A DNA stretch of 64,000 bases from an uncultured virus (IMG/VR IMGVR_UViG_3300032116_000017) (Duplodnaviria; Heunggongvirae; Uroviricota; Caudoviricetes). The translations under genes were made by a program, and so were the position numbers. The stretch is taken from IMG/VR virus record IMGVR_UViG_3300032116_000017; one strand, 5' to 3'. Below, piece by piece: positions 19,821-29,467 of this stretch (its first letter is position 1; each line of letters opens with the position of its first letter). A model generated the notes under the pieces. That model had not been told where the DNA came from. It saw only the letters and a list, made by a program, of their open reading frames with translations, and ran no database searches.

Positions 19821-20008
19821 AGTGACTTTTTAATTTGTTTTGGTAGTTGTTCATTTGATAACTCAAATTCTCTAATACCACTTCTAGTATTACTCACCAT
19901 TAAAAATTTAAAATTGAAACTATCATTAGTTTTTGTTCTAACATGATAGTATTCGTCAATTGATCCACTTGTGTGAATTGTTCCTAAATGTTTTTTATCT
20001 GTATTCAT
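19817..20008 (-). CDS. Hypothetical protein
   Basis: 63 aa; ATGA overlap with the cytidylyltransferase gene. Confidence 0.55.
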   Translation of the reverse strand: MNTDKKHLGTIHTSGSIDEYYHVRTKTNDSFNFKFLMVSNTRSGIREFELSNEQLPKQIKKSL

Positions 20009-20067
20009 ATCTTTTTTATGATAATTTTTACAAAAGTTTTCACTATATTTGCAGAATATATAACTCT

Positions 20068-21387
20068 ATGAAGTTATTCAGATATATGGAATTTATAAAA
20101 GAAAGCGTTACTCAATACTCTATACCTTCTTATGAAGAGGCGGTTGAGATGTGCTCTAAACCAGATGCTGCTTTTTATGAATCAAAAACTGAAGTTGATG
20201 GTTTTCCAATAAGCATCTTCAATTATAGACTTGCTCAATTTAGTGATTTTAATCTACCATTGGAGAATAAACCAGAAGTTAAAGCTTTTGAAATGAGAGG
20301 TCTTACTTTTGTTTTTAATAAAGATGGTTCTCTTTATAAAAGATTTGTGCTACTTGAAAAGTTCTTTAACTTGAATCAAGTTCCTAATTCTATGTATTCT
20401 GTTGTTAAAGATTACAAAATTCGTTATGTTAATAACAAAGAAGATGGTTCTATTGCTTCATTTATTCAATTACCAAATGGAAAGATTATAGGTCGTTCTA
20501 AAATGGGGTTTGATAATGACCAAGCAAATGGTATAAACAAAATCTATAAAACAAATGCGGATATAAATCAATTTGTTAATTGGTGTTTATCACAAGACAT
20601 AACTCCGATATTCGAGTATGTCGCGCCCCACAACCGTGTAGTTTTAAGATACTCACAAGAAGAGCTGATACTTTTAAGACTAAGAGATAACAAGACCGGA
20701 AAACATATCGATATCAAAGACCATTTAGATAAAATTGGTTCAATTAAGATTGCACCTTTTGAGGATGACCACACTTTGGATGACCTAATTGAAAAGTCAA
20801 AAACTGAAGCAGAGAGAGAAGGATGGATTGTTCAGTTTGATAATGATCACATGCTTAAAATCAAAACTGATTGGTATTGCCAAAGACACGGACTTTTAAC
20901 AAATGACATTTATAGAGAACATATTATTATAGGATATATCTTAGATGATAAGATTGATGATATTTTAGGTCAAATTCCTGAGGATGAAAAAGAAGCACAC
21001 GAAAGAATACAAAAGATAATTTCAATTGTTAAAAGAGAAATTAACAATTTAGTTTCACAGATGAATTCTGCTTACTCGGAATTTGTTAAGTCAGGTGCTG
21101 ATAAAAGAGATTATGCTATTAATCATAGAGTTGGAAATCCTAACTTTCATTTTGTTATGAGTATGGATAAATATGATAAATTAAAATCTATGTCTAAAGA
21201 AGATATATTAGAGTATTATGATTCAGTTGAAGCTTGGGAAAAGGCAATTGAAAAATATCAACCTTATAACTTAGCTGTTGAGACAATAAGAGATAAAACT
21301 AAGAGATTGGAAATAGCCAGAGAATGGTTAGAATCAAAAGATCCTGGATTATTTTTTAGAGATCCAGAAGAGTCAGAGGAGAATTAA
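20068..21387 (+). CDS. T4 Rnl1-like RNA ligase with N-terminal tag
   Basis: Likely start 20068 (MKLFRYMEFIKES); EMRGLTF, EKFFNLNQ, motif I KEDGS, FEYVAPHNRVV, EGWIV, KIKTDWY. Confidence 0.88.
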   Translation: MKLFRYMEFIKESVTQYSIPSYEEAVEMCSKPDAAFYESKTEVDGFPISIFNYRLAQFSDFNLPLENKPEVKAFEMRGLTFVFNKDGSLYKRFVLLEKFFNLNQVPNSMYSVVKDYKIRYVNNKEDGSIASFIQLPNGKIIGRSKMGFDNDQANGINKIYKTNADINQFVNWCLSQDITPIFEYVAPHNRVVLRYSQEELILLRLRDNKTGKHIDIKDHLDKIGSIKIAPFEDDHTLDDLIEKSKTEAEREGWIVQFDNDHMLKIKTDWYCQRHGLLTNDIYREHIIIGYILDDKIDDILGQIPEDEKEAHERIQKIISIVKREINNLVSQMNSAYSEFVKSGADKRDYAINHRVGNPNFHFVMSMDKYDKLKSMSKEDILEYYDSVEAWEKAIEKYQPYNLAVETIRDKTKRLEIAREWLESKDPGLFFRDPEESEEN

Positions 21388-21413
21388 GAGAGGTTTTTAA
21401 CCTCTCTTTTTTT
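21386..21413 (+). terminator. Intrinsic terminator
   Basis: AAGAGAGGTT/AACCTCTCTT stem plus T tract. Confidence 0.75.
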
Positions 21414-21425
21414 ATATATACTTTT

Positions 21426-22238
21426 ATGAAAATAAAGAAATACATAGAATTCATATCTGAAGAGATTTTTAACCTGACATCATGGCCTTCTTTATTTGAT
21501 GATGAGAAAAACGGATATGTTCTTCCTATGTTATTGTGGTCTGTTGATATTTCTGATGGTTCTTTTAGAGAAGGTGATTATGAAACACCTGTAGCATCTT
21601 CGGGTGTCAAATTAGTTAAGAGTTGGAATTTAGAAAATAATTTAGTTGGTTCTTACTTTGAATTTATCGGACAAAAAAGAGGAGTAATATTTACACATAT
21701 TAAAGAAGTTAATTTGGAATTTTGCGACTCTAAAGAAAAAGGTTATACGCTTCCGAAAAATTTAAGTGAAAGAGTAAATAATTTATATAACCAGTATGGT
21801 TTAGGAACACCTATTTTTGCAACAGTTGTTAAAGGGTTTGAAGATGGTGTAAAGGTTGTGACCACTGGTTCTAACTGGCACTTAGTTTCTAAATTAGGTA
21901 TTAAAAAACTAGGAACAACTACATATAGAGGATTTGTTAGAGAAACAAAAATTCCACTTTATAGTGATGATACTCAAACGCCGGAATCAAAAGAAGCTAT
22001 TTGGAAAAAACTTTTACAGGATGAAAGTTGTGAAATAACTATTTGGTCTCAAAATATGAAGAAAGAATTTCCAATTCAAATGGTTGATGGAAATCCTTAC
22101 TACAATGGAAATATACCTGTTTATTTTGGAGATAAAGAAATAAACCAACAAGTTTTAGATTTAGCTGGTGAAGACGAAGAGAAGTATAAAAAGATGAAAT
22201 CTCTAACAAAAAACTTAAAATTGAAATCAGTCAAATGA
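21426..22238 (+). CDS. N-tagged protein, possible GNAT-like acetyltransferase
   Basis: MKIKKYIEFISEE; KKLGTTTY...LYSDDTQTPESKEAIWKKL resembles phage GNAT C-termini. Confidence 0.5.
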   Translation: MKIKKYIEFISEEIFNLTSWPSLFDDEKNGYVLPMLLWSVDISDGSFREGDYETPVASSGVKLVKSWNLENNLVGSYFEFIGQKRGVIFTHIKEVNLEFCDSKEKGYTLPKNLSERVNNLYNQYGLGTPIFATVVKGFEDGVKVVTTGSNWHLVSKLGIKKLGTTTYRGFVRETKIPLYSDDTQTPESKEAIWKKLLQDESCEITIWSQNMKKEFPIQMVDGNPYYNGNIPVYFGDKEINQQVLDLAGEDEEKYKKMKSLTKNLKLKSVK

Positions 22239-23062
22239 AATATCTAAAAACATATACTCTCTTCGAGAGAGTCTCTAATGAGACTAAATTATTTGAAGCA
22301 TTAGTAGAAGATATTACTTTTATTAGAATGTCTCATACCGATATGTTAAATGGTAGAGAAGCAGGTTGGTATCAACCAAAACAAAGAAGAATGATAGGTC
22401 CTGATACTTTTAATGACTCTTTGGTAAAAGCTGGATTCCCTGATAAACAAAGTTGTGTTCATTTTATGTCGGAGTCATCTTACGATGTTGGGTACTCTTA
22501 TATTTATGGTAAAAATTTATTTCAAGTGGTAATAGATGATAAATCTAAATTAGGATGGTCATTTGTTGCTCCAATAAATGATTGGTTTTATAAAGGAAAT
22601 TCTATTCAAAACTCACTTAGAAGTGGAAATGAATTGGTGTCTGATATTATGAAAAGTACATTTAATAAGATATATGCTGATTCTCAAACTGGTGAGGGTG
22701 TTGATGAGTCATTAAATTATTTGTTAGATTTTAAAGCTATAGGAACAGGAACAATTGAAGATTTAAAAAGGTCACCACACTTTGGGAAATATAATTTATA
22801 TGTTTGGACAACTGATAAAGTATATCTTAAAAGATATGTTAAAGAAAGTGAGATAAAGGAAAAAGAACCAAAACCTTATAAAAATCAACCAGTTTTAGAT
22901 ACTGAAGATTTTACTGAAAGAGGAATTAAACCAGAGGAAATTGGTAATTTTTATCAATCTGAGTGGGGAAGAAGATTTAAAAGACTTCAACCTACTGCAG
23001 ATTACAATTTAAGAAGAGAAGAAGCTCTAAAACTTTTAGATGAATGGATAAAAACAAGATGA
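22235..23062 (+). CDS. N-tagged hypothetical protein with doubled tag
   Basis: Starts MKYLKTYTLFERVSNETKLFEA. Confidence 0.75.
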   Translation: MKYLKTYTLFERVSNETKLFEALVEDITFIRMSHTDMLNGREAGWYQPKQRRMIGPDTFNDSLVKAGFPDKQSCVHFMSESSYDVGYSYIYGKNLFQVVIDDKSKLGWSFVAPINDWFYKGNSIQNSLRSGNELVSDIMKSTFNKIYADSQTGEGVDESLNYLLDFKAIGTGTIEDLKRSPHFGKYNLYVWTTDKVYLKRYVKESEIKEKEPKPYKNQPVLDTEDFTERGIKPEEIGNFYQSEWGRRFKRLQPTADYNLRREEALKLLDEWIKTR

Positions 23063-23829
23063 GATACTTAAAAACATACAAATTATTTGAATCCAACTGG
23101 TATGATATGAAAGACCATATCAAAGTCCTTTCAGATATGTCACTTTCACTATGGGATAGAGATTTTAATGTTCAGGTCGCTGATGAGATTATAAGTAGAG
23201 AACACCAATGTGTAGTTGTCAATATAGTTAAAAAAGGTTCTACTAAATTTACTTTTCCAGTAATTAAAGAAGAGTTATTAGAAATGGTGGATTATATGGA
23301 TAGTGAAGGTTGGGAAGTTTTAAATATTGAATTGAGTGATTTATCTTCTGGTTACTTTTATTGTTATTTAGAAGGAGATAAATTACTTGCTCTTCATACA
23401 GATAGAGAAATCACGGAAGAATTTGACCAACTCATAGTTAAGTTTGTTGAAAAACGAGAAGTTAAAACAAACGAATCTACTGAAGAAGATGTTCATAGAG
23501 AGATGATGATTAAAAAGTATGGTTTAGAAGAAATAGAGGAGTGTGATGAGGTTATTAGAAATATTAGTGATATGGGTTTAGAAGTCGAAGACTTAGGTAT
23601 AACTGTATTAGTTGGTTATAGTCCTATGACTTATATGTCTGCTGAATCAACTCCTAAAATTTCAGTTAGTGTTATTGCTGATGCAATACTTTTTGCGGGA
23701 AATATTGCTGATATAGATATTTTCACAGATACATTATTGAGTTATGTAAAATCATTAGGTTTTTCAACAGGTAAAAACACTTTTACAACAGACCGAAAAA
23801 TGACAAGGCAAATTCTAATACAAAAATGA
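23059..23829 (+). CDS. N-tagged two-module protein joined by KTNES
   Basis: Likely start 23059 (MRYLKTYKLFES); second module is paralogous to 23826..24251. Confidence 0.75.
   Translation: MRYLKTYKLFESNWYDMKDHIKVLSDMSLSLWDRDFNVQVADEIISREHQCVVVNIVKKGSTKFTFPVIKEELLEMVDYMDSEGWEVLNIELSDLSSGYFYCYLEGDKLLALHTDREITEEFDQLIVKFVEKREVKTNESTEEDVHREMMIKKYGLEEIEECDEVIRNISDMGLEVEDLGITVLVGYSPMTYMSAESTPKISVSVIADAILFAGNIADIDIFTDTLLSYVKSLGFSTGKNTFTTDRKMTRQILIQK
23473..23522 (+). repeat. About 50-bp near-identical repeat, second copy near 23859-23908
   Basis: GAATCTACTGAAGAAGATGTTCATAGAGARATGATGATTAAAAAGTATGG, encoding ESTEEDVHREMMIKKYG, occurs in both genes. Confidence 0.85.
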
Positions 23830-24251
23830 GAAAGTTAAAAACATATCAAAATTTTAATGAATCTACTGAAGAAGATGTTCATAGAGAAATGATGATTAAA
23901 AAGTATGGATCAGAAGAAATAGAAGAGTGCGACTCAGTTATAAGTGATGTAAAAGATATGTTATTAGAATTAAATGATTTAGAAATTTTTACAATTATAG
24001 ATTATACATCAATGACATATATGTGTTTTGAAAAGACATCACCTAAGTTATTTCTAAATATTAAGTGTGGTAGTAAATTATGGGATTCTAATGAGAGTTT
24101 AATTGATGGTGTGATTTCCACAATAAAAGAATTTGTTAGAAGTTATGGATATAGTATCGGAACCAATGTTAAAAAAGAAGAAAAACGGCAAGTTACTATT
24201 CCAATTACTGACATATTTGAGGTTGAATATCAAATGTTAATACAAAAATGA
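23826..24251 (+). CDS. N-tagged repeat-family protein
   Basis: MRKLKTYQNFNES; DMLLELND motif. Confidence 0.75.
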   Translation: MRKLKTYQNFNESTEEDVHREMMIKKYGSEEIEECDSVISDVKDMLLELNDLEIFTIIDYTSMTYMCFEKTSPKLFLNIKCGSKLWDSNESLIDGVISTIKEFVRSYGYSIGTNVKKEEKRQVTIPITDIFEVEYQMLIQK

Positions 24252-25534
24252 AAAAGTTAAAAACATATAAGAGATTTTTAGAATCTAATTCTGAAGACAT
24301 TAGTGAAGTTATGAGTGTCTTAAATGACATGTCATTGGAATTAAGAGACAAAGGCTTTTTTGTTGAACAACAATCTTTATCATATGGAAAAATGGGAGTA
24401 ATAAAGGGGTTTAGAATTGTCGTTGTAAAATCAAATGATGGTGGTGGTTTTATGTGGCATAATACAAAAAAATTTTACTTTCAGGACATTAAAGAAAATA
24501 TATTAGAAATGACAGAATATTTAGAATCTGAAGGATTTTCTATAGATACAATTGATTTTATTGATGATTCTGGTGTTGTTGATGGTATTTTAAAAGATGG
24601 TAATTTATATAACAATTTTTCAAAAGAAGAGGTAAATCACCTGACAGATGGCTTTATAATTAGGTTCATTAAATCAGATAAAACTAATGAATCTTCTGAC
24701 AAACCAAGACAGACGGAATCTGATAATCTTAATTTAACGAATAAATTTAATTTTGTTATTGGTAAAGAATATTCATTTGATGAATTACCACAAAATATAA
24801 AAGATGATATTTATATACAATTTGACGAATACTCTGATTTACAACCCGAAGACTATTACTATGTTGCTAAATTATTAAAACCAGAAGAAACAGAAGAATA
24901 TTTACATAATCAATTTGGTGAATATAACATTCAAGACGCACTTGAAGAACCGTATATGAAAAAAATTATTAGAGATATCCAAATAAATGGTTTAGATTAT
25001 CCAGCTGTTGGAATAGAAGGAAATCATAGAGCATTGGCTTTTTTGTATTTGAAAAAAGACTTACCATATTTAGAAATGATTGAGATTGCTAAATTGGATA
25101 AAACTAACGAATCATCTTCGGAAAGATGGTCAAACACACAACAACAACTTAGAGAAGATAGTAATTTTATTTCTGACACTTGTTTAGAATTAGATGATAA
25201 AGGATTTAAAACTTGTGGAGCTCGAACTCAAACAAATAAAATTAATGTCGTTCAATTTGGTCAGAGTCCAGTGTTGAAAATTAATGAAACTACACCTTAT
25301 TTTATTATTGGACATCCTGTAGGTAGATACTTCAAATTCTCGGAGATAAAAGATGAGCTTCTACAAATCAAATCTTATTTGGGTGATAGATGGATAAAAT
25401 GTGGCGTTCTGTATGAGTTTTCACATGAGAGAATAGAGGTCTTTATAGATGAAAAAGATTATGACCATTTAGATGATTGGTTTCAAACTTCAGCTGCAGG
25501 AATTATAAATCTGGTTGTGTTCTTTAATATATAG
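24248..25534 (+). CDS. N-tagged three-module protein (repeat family, ParB/Srx-like, repeat family)
   Basis: Two DKTNESS junctions; middle module has YPAVGIEGNHRALA. Confidence 0.7.
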   Translation: MKKLKTYKRFLESNSEDISEVMSVLNDMSLELRDKGFFVEQQSLSYGKMGVIKGFRIVVVKSNDGGGFMWHNTKKFYFQDIKENILEMTEYLESEGFSIDTIDFIDDSGVVDGILKDGNLYNNFSKEEVNHLTDGFIIRFIKSDKTNESSDKPRQTESDNLNLTNKFNFVIGKEYSFDELPQNIKDDIYIQFDEYSDLQPEDYYYVAKLLKPEETEEYLHNQFGEYNIQDALEEPYMKKIIRDIQINGLDYPAVGIEGNHRALAFLYLKKDLPYLEMIEIAKLDKTNESSSERWSNTQQQLREDSNFISDTCLELDDKGFKTCGARTQTNKINVVQFGQSPVLKINETTPYFIIGHPVGRYFKFSEIKDELLQIKSYLGDRWIKCGVLYEFSHERIEVFIDEKDYDHLDDWFQTSAAGIINLVVFFNI

Positions 25535-25537
25535 TTT

Positions 25538-25966
25538 ATGAAATTTTTAAAACCATATACTAAGTTCAACGAAGGTTTATCTGATTATCAAATCGAACAA
25601 CTTGAAGAGGATAAAAATTTCATTTCAGATACACTTTTAGAATTGAAAGATAAAGAATTCCGTATAAATGTAGAGCATAATGTGAATTCTATAATAGGTA
25701 AGGTATTTATTGATTCTTTATCAATAACTGAACCTATGCCTATATTAATAATAGGTGCTCCTGAAAATTCTCAATTTCAATTTTCAGATGTAAAAGACGA
25801 ACTTCTACAAATTAAATCTTATTTGGATGATAGATGGTATAAGTGTGGTGTTATGTTTAACTCGGAAATAATTGATGTTTTAATAGATGAAAAAGATTAT
25901 GACAATCTAGATGATAAAACTTCAGCGGGTGGAATATTTTATTTGGCTGTATTTTTTAATATATAG
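25538..25966 (+). CDS. N-tagged repeat-family protein, paralog of the third module of 24248..25534
   Basis: Shared NFISDT.LEL.DK, KDELLQIKSYL.DRW.KCGV and VFFNI. Confidence 0.8.
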   Translation: MKFLKPYTKFNEGLSDYQIEQLEEDKNFISDTLLELKDKEFRINVEHNVNSIIGKVFIDSLSITEPMPILIIGAPENSQFQFSDVKDELLQIKSYLDDRWYKCGVMFNSEIIDVLIDEKDYDNLDDKTSAGGIFYLAVFFNI

Positions 25967-25969
25967 TTA

Positions 25970-26443
25970 ATGAGACATTTAAAATCATACAAATTATTTG
26001 AATCAGTATCTGAGCAAACAGTAAGAGACATATTATTAGAGATAACTGATGATAGTAATTTCAATGTTGAAATCAAAGAAGTAGATAATCATTTAGAAGT
26101 TTATATAACGAGAGGATCTTTTTTAGATGGAAGAAAAACGAGAGAAATACCAGGAGCTCCTACTCCTCCAGGTAGTGGATATCCAGCTAATTTATTTTTA
26201 TGGTTTGAAATAAAAGACACTATTATAAGATTATGTGAGTATGTTTATTCAGAAACTGATTTAGAACCGATTGAGAATAAACCATTTCAACAATGGTATT
26301 TACAACAGGGACATTTTGCAAAATCACCATTTAGAATGAAAAATGGTGGAACCGAGTTTGGTATAGGATGGCACAAAGCAGAAGATTTTACTTTAGGTGA
26401 TTTTATTTCTTTTACTGGTCTAAAATTAATAATTAAGTTGTGA
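25970..26443 (+). CDS. N-tagged repeat-family protein
   Basis: MRHLKSYKLFES; RDILLEITD; FEIKDTIIRL. Confidence 0.75.
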   Translation: MRHLKSYKLFESVSEQTVRDILLEITDDSNFNVEIKEVDNHLEVYITRGSFLDGRKTREIPGAPTPPGSGYPANLFLWFEIKDTIIRLCEYVYSETDLEPIENKPFQQWYLQQGHFAKSPFRMKNGGTEFGIGWHKAEDFTLGDFISFTGLKLIIKL

Positions 26444-27306
26444 AATACTTAAGAAGAATAAATGAAAGTTTGAATTCTAAAACTCTAACTAAACAAGAAG
26501 TTATTGAGTTATTGGAAAGAAACTGCCAAAAGTTTTTAAGTTATCCTAATAAAAATCAATCCAATCTCATATTCAGAAAAGATGAGGACCGTGGAGATTT
26601 TGCCTTAGTTAATCCTAAGTTATCAACTTCTAAAAGAATTGCTCCTTATGCTCCAACAAATGTTCATAATTTACTTATTTCCAATTTAGATTCTTGGAAA
26701 GGTTGGCCTCGTAGAAATAAATCTTTGATTTTTGCTTCTGATAAAGCGGCACTCTATCATAGCTCTGAGAATGAAGATTTGATTGTTGATTATGTTGTAA
26801 TTCCATTTGATAGTACAAAAATAGCAACCGGAGATAGAAGTGATTTTTGGGATTGTTTTGGAAAAATTCCAAACAGAAAGCAATTTCACAAAGATTTTTC
26901 ACCAGACAACTATCCGAGACCTAGTATTGCTTGGTATATCCGGAATTTAATGTTCGATTTAGAAATTAAAGAAGAATACCCAGAGACTGATTGGCAAAAA
27001 ATAAAAACATTATTAGAAGAGGCCGAACTTGTTGACCAAACACTTATTAAAAAATACTTTGAGATCGAAGGAGAAATTGTTTGGAATCCTAATATGAATC
27101 TTTTGGAAAACCTGAATCATATTTTAGATCCAATTTATAACGATTTTAAATTAGGTGATGTTACTTCAACTATGGACTTATACTCACAATTAAATCCTAA
27201 TGATTCTGACTATCTTAAAACTGCTTTAGAATCTTGGTCTGAAGATGAGGTCATACTTATAAAGTATAATATGTTAAATGAAATTTTAAATGAATTAGAA
27301 TCATGA
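26440..27306 (+). CDS. N-tagged protein, paralog of 28369..29139, possible ART-like fold
   Basis: GTG start, KYLRRINES; TNVH.LLISNL.SWK.WP, VIPFD, FW..FG. Confidence 0.65.
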   Translation: MKYLRRINESLNSKTLTKQEVIELLERNCQKFLSYPNKNQSNLIFRKDEDRGDFALVNPKLSTSKRIAPYAPTNVHNLLISNLDSWKGWPRRNKSLIFASDKAALYHSSENEDLIVDYVVIPFDSTKIATGDRSDFWDCFGKIPNRKQFHKDFSPDNYPRPSIAWYIRNLMFDLEIKEEYPETDWQKIKTLLEEAELVDQTLIKKYFEIEGEIVWNPNMNLLENLNHILDPIYNDFKLGDVTSTMDLYSQLNPNDSDYLKTALESWSEDEVILIKYNMLNEILNELES

Positions 27307-27605
27307 AAAGAATAAAGACATATACTCTATTTGAGAGAGTCTCTAATGAGACTAAATTATTTGAGTCTGCTCAAAACTGGATAGAGATTGATGGAAAACT
27401 TTGTAGAGATTTCGAGTTTTCTGACTTCAATCAGGCTTTACAATTCATAAATAAAATCTCACAAATTTGTGAATCAGAAAATCACCACCCAGAAATAAAT
27501 TGGGTTTATAATGAGATAACTCTAAAATTATCAACTCATGATGCTGGTGATATTATTACTGAGAAAGATATAAAATTAGCTGAATTGATAGATGAAGTGG
27601 CTTAA
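27303..27605 (+). CDS. Pterin-4-alpha-carbinolamine dehydratase (PCD/PhhB family) with doubled N-tag
   Basis: FEFSDFNQAL.F, NHHPEI, LSTHDAG, TEKDIKLA. Confidence 0.88.
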   Translation: MKRIKTYTLFERVSNETKLFESAQNWIEIDGKLCRDFEFSDFNQALQFINKISQICESENHHPEINWVYNEITLKLSTHDAGDIITEKDIKLAELIDEVA

Positions 27606-28365
27606 GACATATGAGACATTTAGACCATTAAATTATCCAATTGGTGTTTTTGATTCTGGATATGGAGGACTTACAATACTAAATCGCTTAAAAAATGACT
27701 ACCCGGATTGGAATATAATTTATTTAGGAGATAATCTAACTGCACCATATGGAAATATGAGTGATTCAGAGGTTGTTTTAAACACAAAAAAGTGTTTAGA
27801 TTTTCTTAACAGTAAAGGTTGTAAAAAAATAATTTTAGCCTGTAACACAGCTTCTTCAAAATCAGAATTAATTAATAATGATACTATAGATATAATTTCA
27901 CCTACCAAAGAATTTATTAAAAATTCATCATCCAATATTGGTTTAGTTGCTACTAAAAGTACTGTTAATTCTGAAGTTTATAATAGTTCTAATGTCACTC
28001 AACTTGCTTGTCCTGACTGGGTTAGAATAGTTGAAGAAGCAAACTTTTCAAATGAGTCTGTAAATATAATTAAATCTGATTTAGAAAAATTATTTGAATT
28101 GAATTCAGAAATTGAAACTATAATTTTAGCTTGCACTCATTTTAATGTTTTAAAAAATATAATTAATAGAATAATACCAAGTATTGAAATTATTAGCCAA
28201 GATTCTCTTCTGAGTAACTATTTAAAAACTATAAAGATGAGTCCAAGTTATGGTGGTCAAGTGGAATATTATACAACTGGTGATAGTCATGAATTCTCAA
28301 CCGAAACTATGAATATATTCGGAGAATCAATTTTAGCAAAATCAATTAGTTTAACAAATATATAA
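27592..28365 (+). CDS. murI: Glutamate racemase with N-tag-like start
   Basis: IGVFDSGYGGLT, GDNLTAPYG, catalytic ACNTAS and ACTHF. Confidence 0.9.
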   Translation: MKWLKTYETFRPLNYPIGVFDSGYGGLTILNRLKNDYPDWNIIYLGDNLTAPYGNMSDSEVVLNTKKCLDFLNSKGCKKIILACNTASSKSELINNDTIDIISPTKEFIKNSSSNIGLVATKSTVNSEVYNSSNVTQLACPDWVRIVEEANFSNESVNIIKSDLEKLFELNSEIETIILACTHFNVLKNIINRIIPSIEIISQDSLLSNYLKTIKMSPSYGGQVEYYTTGDSHEFSTETMNIFGESILAKSISLTNI

Positions 28366-28368
28366 GTT

Positions 28369-29139
28369 ATGAGATATTTGAAGAAATATAAAGTATTTGA
28401 AAATTATAATAAATTTGGAACTAAAACTCTAACTGAAGTAGAGTTTGACCAAATCAGAAAAGAAAATTGTAAAAACTGGACTAAAGTTGAAACTGAACTT
28501 TATAGAGGTATGCCTGATTTAGGAGACTATTTGATTGTGGATCCCCTAAAAGGTGACTTCAGAAGTTCAATTGAAAATACTAACATTCACTTAGACTTAC
28601 TTTCAAATTTACCAAGTTGGAAAGATTATCCTAAATATGAAAGATGTGTAATAGGAGGAACTCGTGGATCAGCGACTGGTACTTATGGAGAAACTGTCTA
28701 TGAAATGATACCATTTGACGGTGTTAAAATAGCAGTTTGTCCAGAATCAACCATCTGGGAATCATTCGGGAATGATGATGATGAATTTGGTGGTGATATT
28801 AATTTAGTTGATGGATTCTTATATATATATCCTATAGTTTCAGCTCCAGGTGAAACACTAGAAGAGAGATTAAAATCTTTAGGAAAAATTGTCGAAATAC
28901 CTCATATAGATGGATATCCAGGTGTTAATGAATTTCTAATGAGACATGCCGAATTTAGTTGGAAAAAACCAAATGAAATTACTGGTGAAGATTGTTTTAA
29001 TTTTATTAACAACAGTCTTTTTAATCCAAAAGTTAGAGGTTTTCAATTATTAAACTATGACCAAAATTTCAAAACTCAAACTGGAAAACAAATTTGGACT
29101 GAAGGACCAGTTTTACTTATCAAATCACATTTAGTTTAG
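28369..29139 (+). CDS. N-tagged protein, paralog of 26440..27306, possible ART-like fold
   Basis: MRYLKKYKVFEN; LYRG, LSNLPSWKDYP, MIPFDG, IWTEGPVLLI. Confidence 0.65.
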   Translation: MRYLKKYKVFENYNKFGTKTLTEVEFDQIRKENCKNWTKVETELYRGMPDLGDYLIVDPLKGDFRSSIENTNIHLDLLSNLPSWKDYPKYERCVIGGTRGSATGTYGETVYEMIPFDGVKIAVCPESTIWESFGNDDDEFGGDINLVDGFLYIYPIVSAPGETLEERLKSLGKIVEIPHIDGYPGVNEFLMRHAEFSWKKPNEITGEDCFNFINNSLFNPKVRGFQLLNYDQNFKTQTGKQIWTEGPVLLIKSHLV

Positions 29140-29420
29140 AAACTTCTAAAGTCTTTTACACCTCCAATATTCATTAACTTAGGTGCCATATTTTTAATTC
29201 CAGATTGTGGTGAAATAGAAGTTATATTTTTAAAATCAATTTTATCATACATTAAATCAGGATTTTCTGTAAAATAGTTTGTTAAAAAATCCATATTTTC
29301 TTCTTCAGATTTATCTTTATCCCATAAATGAAGTAATCTAGTTTTATTCTTTTCAATAAAATCTACAACATCTTTATTTAAAATAGGATTCCAATTTTCA
29401 AATTTTTTTAAAAATTTCAT
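29136..29420 (-). CDS. N-tagged hypothetical protein
   Basis: Starts MKFLKKFEN. Confidence 0.7.
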   Translation of the reverse strand: MKFLKKFENWNPILNKDVVDFIEKNKTRLLHLWDKDKSEEENMDFLTNYFTENPDLMYDKIDFKNITSISPQSGIKNMAPKLMNIGGVKDFRSF

Positions 29421-29467
29421 AATGTATATATAAACTTTTTTGAATAGAATTGTATAAAATAAGTGTT

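Noticed and set aside
19960..20067. N-terminal extension of the RNA ligase given in the ORF track
   Set aside because: It starts at a non-ATG codon, overlaps a divergent gene and contains the promoter boxes; ATG 20068 yields the tag.
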